The translations under genes were made by a program, and so were the position numbers. Below, one piece after another: positions 35,485 to 43,171 of a stretch of DNA of 43,171 nt. Under the pieces are notes generated by a model. It did not search any database. It worked only from the letters and a program-made list of their open reading frames with translations, and had not been told where the DNA came from. The stretch covers positions 1-43,171 of the forward strand of contig JALJEE010000745.1 of assembly GCA_023231475.1 (NCBI GenBank), in the 5' to 3' direction. Each line of letters opens with the position of its first letter. Positions within the stretch are counted from its first letter, which is position 1. Origin of the DNA: Seison nebaliae (lineage: Eukaryota).

Positions 35485-38400
35485 TCAACTCTTCAATTTC
35501 AGAACGTCAATAACTTGTGTTGGTTCTTGGAAATATGGCCAAATATATCCCAACGTATTCTCGCTAAGCATCGTCCTCATCGTTTCGAAGAGATCGACCA
35601 TCGGTGGGAATGCTCTATATACGAAAAAGAAATCGCGAAGAAAGACAAAACAATTTGGTCGTACAACTATGGCATTAGTGAATGAAGTGAGTGATATTTC
35701 AAAAAGTAATTCGTTTGGAATTACACAGGTAATGATGGAAGGCATAATATCGGCATGTTGGAGAATTTCGATAAATTGTTTGATTGTTGATTCATCCCAT
35801 TTCAACGATGTTTTCATCATTGTCAATATTTCTAATGCAGTTACACCACAAACCATTTGCCAAGGCGGAAATGGTGCTTCTATTTAATTAATTTTTTTTA
35901 TGAAAATATTTTTCTGAAAAATAATAATGAACCTGATTGAGTAATTTCACTAACACCTCCTAAATTCATTAAATTTTCTTCATTCACTTTCTCATAATAC
36001 TCGACACAACTATCATAACTGATCAAATTGGAACCGAAAGCATTTTTCAAAATTATTTCAAGCTATTCACAAAGATCAGAAATAAAGAGAGAAAATAATT
36101 GTTAAACGTTACTTTGAATTACATTGTGTGCGTTCTCTATTGACGCATATAGCGGTTTCATACGACTTGCACTTAAATCTTTCATTCGTTCCAAAAAATC
36201 TAATTTGCCTTGTTCAGAAAATTCAAATTTATTATTTTCCATTTCTGAAAGAATCCACATTCCTAAAGTTTGATGTAATTGTTCCCGATCACAAGTTTCA
36301 CCTAAACTTTTGAAATTTCATTGATAAAATTTAATTTTCAAACTTGAATTAGATTTCTTATCAATATCCACCTCCTCCACGATATAGTACACCAATTCTT
36401 GTAATGTGTCGTTATCCAATTCGGAGATGATGGAACGTGTTTCATTTAGAATCAACATTAATATAATACTTTTCATAATATCCTCACGTCGACCTCCACA
36501 AGCTGCTGAATATAATAAGTGATCATGTTGTTCGATTGTTGCATTTTTAGGCCATAAATATTGGAATGGTTGTTCATCTATTCAATTGGAATCGTTTAAG
36601 TGAATAGAATGAAAATAATGGAAACGTTGTCGATATTTTTCTAAGGGAGACGATCCTGATTTCGACCTCTCAATTTTCTCTAATGATGTATTTATCTTTA
36701 TTCGATCACTAACACCCAATTCTCCGAATACTGAAAAGAAAATTAAAATTAAAATTTTACAATGAAGAAACTTAACAAGTATCATTTAATTCTTTATCGA
36801 TTTCAGGAGATAAATTCTTTACCGGACAATTAGTTCCGGAAGAAAAGCGACTTGTACGATTGGCGTCTTTAATCTTCTTCCGATACCCAGTATCGACGGC
36901 AGCGAACAAATCATAATAAGACTCTGAACATTTTAATTCGATTAATGATAGATAGATGATTTGATTTAATAAACCTTGATGGACGGAATCCGATTTTAAT
37001 AATTGATCAGCAATTGTCTCTTTGTTAATTCCCTTTTTCACTTCCATCATTTCAACTGCTAAAATCACTTTATTCTTTACATCCTTGAACTCCGGTAGAG
37101 GATACTCTATGAAAACATTTGACGATTTAGCGCAGTATATGTCATTTGTAAAAGAACGGAATGATCGACCTTTCCCCACATACTCCAACAGATTAATATA
37201 AAGCGCTTGACGTCGATAATGTAACGTGTCATTATCTTTTTCGTTCAATTCCGTCAATTCTCTTATAATTTTAGTGTTACGTTTCAAATCGGTAACAGAT
37301 GTATAATCTAATGCACCTGGTGGTAGAAACATCTATGGAAATTGAATTATCATTTCCGAGTTGTTAAACTAACCAAATTGGAACTCATCCATCTAGCTAG
37401 AATATCAAAATATTTACTTACACCTTTTCCTTCTTTCGTCGAGAATTTATTGGTCACTTCTGCAGTGAAATATGATATTCCCATTTCGTCAATCAAACGA
37501 CTCAACAACTCAATTAAAATATTGGTCAATTCTTCCACTTCTATCAAAAATCGAGTGAAAAAATTAAATAAAGGGAAGAATTAGTTAACTGAGCGATGAT
37601 ATATTGATGTCTGGTAGATAAGCTAAACAAACTAGTTCCTTATATAAAGTTTCGAGAGAATTCACAGGAAAATTCTCAAAATATTTCTTAATTGTTCGAA
37701 TATACAATAAACGAATCTATAAAATTTAATTTAAGTTTTATCACAAAATTAAAAAGATTCTCCACTTTCTCTGGTGTCGGTATCTGTTTTAGGGTATCAG
37801 AGAAGCCTAAGGTATTGGCGATAGTTTTCAAAATTTGTTGCTTTTGAATTTCATGTTTGGCATTCATGAATTCGTGAAAAACTTTCCGTCCAATATTCCG
37901 AAAAAAATAATCTCGAAGTTCCGTAACAATTTCTTCTCTATCTGAATGAAGTTGTTATTTAAATATTTGATGGTGAATGGACAACCTTGTTTCATATCCA
38001 AAATTTGCATTGGAAATGTTTCCGATAAAGTTTTCTTATAAAATTGAGTTAGTCTTTTCAAATCACAATTCTCCAATCTCTCCGACAATTCCGTTGACAT
38101 CGGTTTAACTTTTTCTGGTTACAATTGAAATTTTCTTCTTAATCTCAAATATTATCGGAATGGAACTTTTTAGCTTAAAATTTTTTAGAAGTAAATTGTG
38201 ATAATCTTTCTGACGGGATGCTAAGTCGTCCATGAACCAATAGAGATGTTCCATAACCAGCTTCTTCTCGAACGGAGTATTTACCAATTTCTGTGTTAAG
38301 TTAATCAATTTATCTGTATCGTCTTCTAATTCATCATCTTTTGTCTATTTTGAAAATTCTCATTAATACTAATTGATATGAGAAGAAAAACCTTTTTCTT

Positions 38401-38761
38401 CTCATTATCCTTTTCTGCTGGTGGCTGTTTTTAGTAAAACAATTTAAAATTATTGTATTTGAGTAATATTGTTAACTTCTAACGAAAATTCGACGTCTTG
38501 ATTCGCTACATTAATCGATGCCGGTACAGTTTCTAATTCGATTCTATGCTCATCTTTTAACTGAAGAATTTTCTTAAATCTTTCCGTATATTCATCTTTT
38601 CTCCTTTTAGCATAATCTACTCTTTTACGGACAACTGCATTAGGTACTGCTGAATCAGGTGCTACTATAGTTGGAATTAAAATGAGAGAAGATTCGTGTA
38701 CAATCTTCCTGAAATAATTGCATCGTTGTTCATTAAATTCGTCATCTGATCTTCCATCCAT
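35485..38761 (-). CDS. Large uncharacterised protein, about 13 exons
   Basis: Twelve short introns (11 GTT; 1 GTG at 37717-37765) link ORFs 38450-38761, 38105-38308, 37864-38100, 37350-37547, 36772-37332, 36582-36785 and 35485-35856 into one frame. No family recognised. Confidence 0.65.
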
Positions 38762-38923
38762 AATGTTCGGATGTTTATGCGCACAAAGAGAACTAATATT
38801 CAGGAGAAATATATTGAGGAAAAAATGAGTTGGAAGATTTTTTGTGATATTTTAATTTTATTTTAAAATCCAAAATTATTTTGAGAAAATTTTAAAAGAT
38901 TAGCTCAAAACCGGCGGAGAATA

Positions 38924-40063
38924 ATGAGCAGTACATACGTAACAGAACCTCCAGTAAACGGTCGAGTCATCATCCATACGAATTTTGGAGAGCTTGATGT
39001 TGAGTTATGGGGAAAGGAAGCTCCGAAAGCCGTCCGAAATTTTATTCAATTGTCGATGGAAAAATATTATGATAATACCGTTTTCCATCGGATAGTTCCC
39101 AGTTTCTGTGTGCAGGGAGGTAGTCGAGATAGAAAAGATGGCGAATCGATCTATAATAATCGACCGTTCGATATTGAAGTTCATTCACGTCTTCGATTCA
39201 TTCGACGTGGTTTAATGGCGACAGCCAATACAGGAAGAAATGATAATAATTCTCAATTCTTTTTTACTTTGGCACCATCTCTTGAACTACAAGGCAAACA
39301 TACAATCTTTGGACGTGTCAGTGGAAAAACCGTTTTCAATATTCTCAATATTAGTGAAGTTGTTATTGATAAGAATGGATATCCATCGGATGATATGAAT
39401 CGACCGACAATAATTTCCATAGAAATCATAAAAAATCCGTTTGAAAATGAAATTATTCCCAGAACTGATTGTTATTGGCAACAGAAAGAAGTAGAAAATA
39501 AAGAGAAGTCAAATAGTGTTGTGACGGCGAAAGGACAAAATAAAAGAACTTTACTTTCATTCAATAACGATGAGGATGATGATGATAACGACGAAAATGG
39601 AATATCTTTCATAAAAAAGAGTAAAAGTGGAAAAAGTATTTATGATTTGGAGAATGATGAAAAAATTTTGAAAAAACAATTTTCTGATGAAGATTCAGAT
39701 GATATTGTGAAATCATCGGATGAAATTAAATCGATAGAAACGAAGGAAGAAAAGAAAATAAATGAAAAGGAAAAAACGGAAAATGAAAAAGTTGCAGAGA
39801 AAGATGTGGAGAAAGTGAAATGTTCTTTTGTAGAGAAGAAGAAATTATCGAAGGAGGAACATGAAATTGAAACGATGAAAATGTTGGAAAATTTCCAATC
39901 GAAATTATCGAAAGGAAATGGATGGATGAGTCATTGCTTGACATTTCCGGAGAAAGATAAAACGAATAAAACGATCGATGCTAATGTTGATGATCCGGAG
40001 AAATATACGATAATTGATCCACGTAATCCAATAAATCGTCGTAGACGAGAGAAAAAAAATTGA
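38924..40063 (+). CDS. CWC27: Spliceosome-associated cyclophilin-like protein CWC27, intronless
   Basis: MSSTYVTEPP, ELWGKEAPKAVRNFIQL, EVHSRLRFIRRGLMA, SQFFFTL, KHTIFG, and C-terminal GWMSH...IIDPRNPINRRRRE. Confidence 0.93.
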   Translation: MSSTYVTEPPVNGRVIIHTNFGELDVELWGKEAPKAVRNFIQLSMEKYYDNTVFHRIVPSFCVQGGSRDRKDGESIYNNRPFDIEVHSRLRFIRRGLMATANTGRNDNNSQFFFTLAPSLELQGKHTIFGRVSGKTVFNILNISEVVIDKNGYPSDDMNRPTIISIEIIKNPFENEIIPRTDCYWQQKEVENKEKSNSVVTAKGQNKRTLLSFNNDEDDDDNDENGISFIKKSKSGKSIYDLENDEKILKKQFSDEDSDDIVKSSDEIKSIETKEEKKINEKEKTENEKVAEKDVEKVKCSFVEKKKLSKEEHEIETMKMLENFQSKLSKGNGWMSHCLTFPEKDKTNKTIDANVDDPEKYTIIDPRNPINRRRREKKN

Positions 40064-40154
40064 TTTGTCTTCTCATCGTTTCTAAAATTTGAATTTCATG
40101 TAAATTATTTCTTCTTAAATTAGAGTCTTTTTTTTCATTCCAGTTTTCCTTCTA

Positions 40155-40880
40155 ATGAGAATGGCTTATTTTGATCCGAATGAAGCCAATCGGCGACCAC
40201 AGACAACTGGATTACCACCAAATGCTGTCAATCAAATGCTTCATACGATGGACGATTCGAATTCTCAATATAATTATTTCCAGCCAATTACCATCAAAGT
40301 AAATAATCTGCCTAATCAAAATAATGAGAATAACGGTCCAGATGACGATGAACCGTTATTGAAGGAATTGGGAGTTGATTTCGAAGTGATCCAAACGAAT
40401 ATCAGATCAATATTTCATCCATTTTCATCAACTTCCTCAAATTCTTCAGTTTTATCTGAACAAGATCTCGCCGGTCCTTTAGTTTTCTGTTTACTTTATG
40501 GATGTTGTTTGTTATTGGGTGGGAAACTACATTTTAATTATGTCTATGGAATATCAACAATCGGTTCGTTCGGAATTTATTTACTCTTGCAATTGATGGT
40601 CGACCCACATCGCTCAAACGATAAAGTGACATTTGTTGGTGTTGCTTCAGTTCTCGGCTATTCTTTATTGCCCATTGTTTTATTATCGGCCATAGGTATT
40701 ATGATTAATTTGAAAGGACTATTAGGCTTAATAATTTCTCTTATATCCGTTATCTGGTGTGCAATTTCGTCGTCAAGACTATTTGTAGATAGTTGTCAAC
40801 AATTACAAACGAAACGATTACTTGTCGCTTATCCTTGTCTATTACTTTATGCCGTTTTTGCATTAATTGCTATTTTCTAA
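40155..40880 (+). CDS. YIPF5: Yip1-domain family protein (YIPF5/7-like), intronless
   Basis: DEPLLKELGVDF, DLAGPLVFCL, GKLHFNYVYG, SVLGYSLLP, LVAYPCLLLYAVFALIAIF. Confidence 0.9.
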   Translation: MRMAYFDPNEANRRPQTTGLPPNAVNQMLHTMDDSNSQYNYFQPITIKVNNLPNQNNENNGPDDDEPLLKELGVDFEVIQTNIRSIFHPFSSTSSNSSVLSEQDLAGPLVFCLLYGCCLLLGGKLHFNYVYGISTIGSFGIYLLLQLMVDPHRSNDKVTFVGVASVLGYSLLPIVLLSAIGIMINLKGLLGLIISLISVIWCAISSSRLFVDSCQQLQTKRLLVAYPCLLLYAVFALIAIF

Positions 40881-41905
40881 TAAACTTTTTTCTTTTCATT
40901 CTTTCATTGTCAATATGGTAATTGGTTGCTATGAGTCTACTACTACTTAAGTATAAGAAACATAATACGGAAATAATTATTCTTATTAATTTATTTATGT
41001 AATGCCATTATTAAATATTATATAAAATCATCCACTTCAATTGAATTAAATTCATATTATTAAAAAAAACATATACAATTCTATATATAGTGTATAATAT
41101 ACAACATTCACACAATCTATTACAATGATGGTATTAATGCTGGTACACACTGAATATTTTTCATGTCTGCACAATGAACATTTACAGCACTGCAACATGA
41201 AGTGAAGATTTTTAGTTTAACGTAACAGAATAACAATTTTGGTTTCTGAATATGAACTATGAATACGTATGATGAATTTTATGATTTATTAAATTAGTTA
41301 TCACAGGATATGGTCTAGTAATATATCGATAGTGATTAATAAATTAGTTTCTTAATCATGGTACGTAATGTAAATACTATAATGATATGTAGAATTTTGG
41401 AATAAACTTCGTTTTTTTTTGATGCAATTTATGATATGATTCATATTATAATAAAAAAAAAAAGGAAACAATTCTGGTGATCAACAAATATTCCATAATT
41501 ACAGCACAGAATAATGATTAATTAAATGGAAGATTATGTGCTAAAATCATTAAATTTTCAGATTATTACCAAGAGGAATTTTATACAATAAAAGTGAATT
41601 GAAGTTTTTGTCTAGAATTTCGAACGTTTCAGCTCGTTATAATTTTTAACGAAAACAATTTGTCTTTTAAGTTATATTGAGTTCAAGTAATAGTAGTTTC
41701 CAAAAAGTATTTATTTTTGATCTCTATGAATTGACCCCATTTTAGTACTCTTTTCAGCGAAAAGATATCTTAACAGGAAAATTCAAAGAATCTCATCCTA
41801 CAGAACCATTTCGGATTGATACGATTCAGGAAAGGATCTCATTATATGAGATTAATGTATTAATCTCTCATATTGTTTTAGTTATTGTTTTTTCTCCTCA
41901 AAGTA

Positions 41906-42071
41906 CCCCGTGGGGACTTTATTTATTAACAAAGTATAAATAAAAAAACCTGAAATTTACAGTTGTTCTATTTGTTGGATTGTTATTGTTGAACAGAAGA
42001 ATTATTAGGTAATGATTATTATATTTCAATATAACTTAATTTTTTTATTATAAAATCAAATCCCCTCGGGG
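41906..42071. mobile_element. Short MITE (Tc1/mariner-Stowaway-like, TA target duplication)
   Basis: Terminal inverted repeats CCCCGTGGGGACTTTATTT / AAATCAAATCCCCTCGGGG, each flanked by TA (41904-41905 and 42072-42073); AT-rich interior. Confidence 0.65.
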
Positions 42072-42575
42072 TAAATTAAAAAGAGGTTATCTTTCATTTA
42101 GGATTATCAGATTTCCAACGTAGAATTTTTTTCATAAATGTCAATAACGATTGAACGTTAATTAATTTTATTAGTAGAAATAATACCATCATAATTATAT
42201 GGGTATGTTGATTTTCTCAATATTACTCTTCCATAGTAACGATGTCAAATTAAATATAACATAGTTACTATTAGTTACGATGTCAAATTAAGTCTTAATT
42301 TACCCTTATTATATTAAAAAAGAATGTTTATTTGTAAAAACTCAGGTTTCACAGAATTAGGCAAATATGAGATTTATTTGAAATACAGTTTTCCTAATAT
42401 CATTCTTTTCTTGAAGGTTTTTCGGGTTTGTTTGAATAGTTTAAATTTGAGAACTATGTTAAACTATTTGAGAACTATTTGAGTTGAGAACTATGAATTT
42501 ACATCAATTCCTAAATCAATTATAAACAAACACCACTATAATTCAATATTTTAAAATTATCATCTTCAAATAGAA

Positions 42576-43013
42576 ATGAAAAAAAAGAACATCGTTTTTT
42601 CTTTGAGTCTATTTTCTTTTGTGCTCATCTACTACCTTGTTTGGAATATGTTGAAACTCAAGAAAGAAAATAATTTAATGTTTACCGATGAGCATAATTT
42701 GGATAATTCTTTTAATAAACCGCGAGAGATCAATATTTATAAAATTAATGAAAAAAACGGAAAATCATCTTATGAAATCAAAATTCTATCCAAAAAATAC
42801 AATGGCGATTATTGTTTCAGTTGTCATATACTCAAAGAGGATATGGTAGAAAAGGAAAAAGAATTAGTCGTCAATCAAACAATAAGCATGAATTTGCTAA
42901 ATTGGTTGAATGAAACCGTCTTAGATGTGATATTCAGATGGTATAAGATAAATAGATATCTCTATCAGATTCAACCAAGACATAAAGAAAAGTTAATTTC
43001 ACAATTATATTAA
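42576..43013 (+). CDS. First exon (or remnant) of a type II membrane protein, possibly a Golgi glycosyltransferase (GT49/B4GAT1-like)
   Basis: MKKK + TM + stem. ELVVNQTISMNLLNWLNETVLDVIFRW loosely resembles the start of the GT49 catalytic domain. No continuation is resolved within the window. Confidence 0.4.
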   Translation: MKKKNIVFSLSLFSFVLIYYLVWNMLKLKKENNLMFTDEHNLDNSFNKPREINIYKINEKNGKSSYEIKILSKKYNGDYCFSCHILKEDMVEKEKELVVNQTISMNLLNWLNETVLDVIFRWYKINRYLYQIQPRHKEKLISQLY

Positions 43014-43171
43014 TTTTGTATCATGTTATTCTAATTAGAATTATCTATTGTAATGTTATGGTTGATCCAAGTTGGAAAGGTGAAACATGTAATCATAGTA
43101 CTAAATATTGTACATTTTACTGCGAAAAACATGACAACAAATGTTTACCTTCTCCAATATATCATAGTGTC

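Noticed and set aside
42236..42495. Short direct repeats (GTWACGATGTCAAATTAA x2; TTGAGAACTAT x3)
   Set aside because: Small local duplications with no further structure.
42940..42950. Possible GTA donor (TG|GTATAA) after ...VIFRW, a counter-example to the GTT rule
   Set aside because: No downstream exon can be identified within the window, so the donor cannot be validated; not counted.
708..43013. Alternative genetic code or stop readthrough to explain the fragmented ORFs
   Set aside because: All interruptions in conserved genes are resolved by short GT..AG introns, and the intronless genes translate normally with the standard code.

Overview
AT-rich, very gene-dense animal (metazoan) genomic DNA, probably from a small invertebrate with a compact genome; the taxon cannot be fixed from the sequence alone. 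I reconstructed about 20 protein-coding genes by hand, most broken by tiny (about 41-65 nt) introns that fragment the ORF track. They are ATP6AP1, a PRD-class homeobox gene, a Kir channel, a ~2300-aa secreted VWD/C8/TIL/EGF/SUEL-lectin protein, a 4-TM orphan, an AFDSFD neuropeptide precursor, a sigma-like GST, LUC7L3, an astacin, TRPT1, UFD1, IFT52, DYNLRB, CWC27, YIPF5 and several orphans. There are also two MITE-like elements. The most striking signal is the splicing code. Of about 73 introns I could place, about 71 start GTT (most often GTTAGT or GTTCGT), 2 start GTG and none start GTA, with little other U1 complementarity. This suggests a rewired 5' splice-site recognition system, such as an altered U1 or U6 snRNA. 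Secondary signals are operon-like spacing with unpaired splice acceptors and a candidate adhesive/cement polyprotein.
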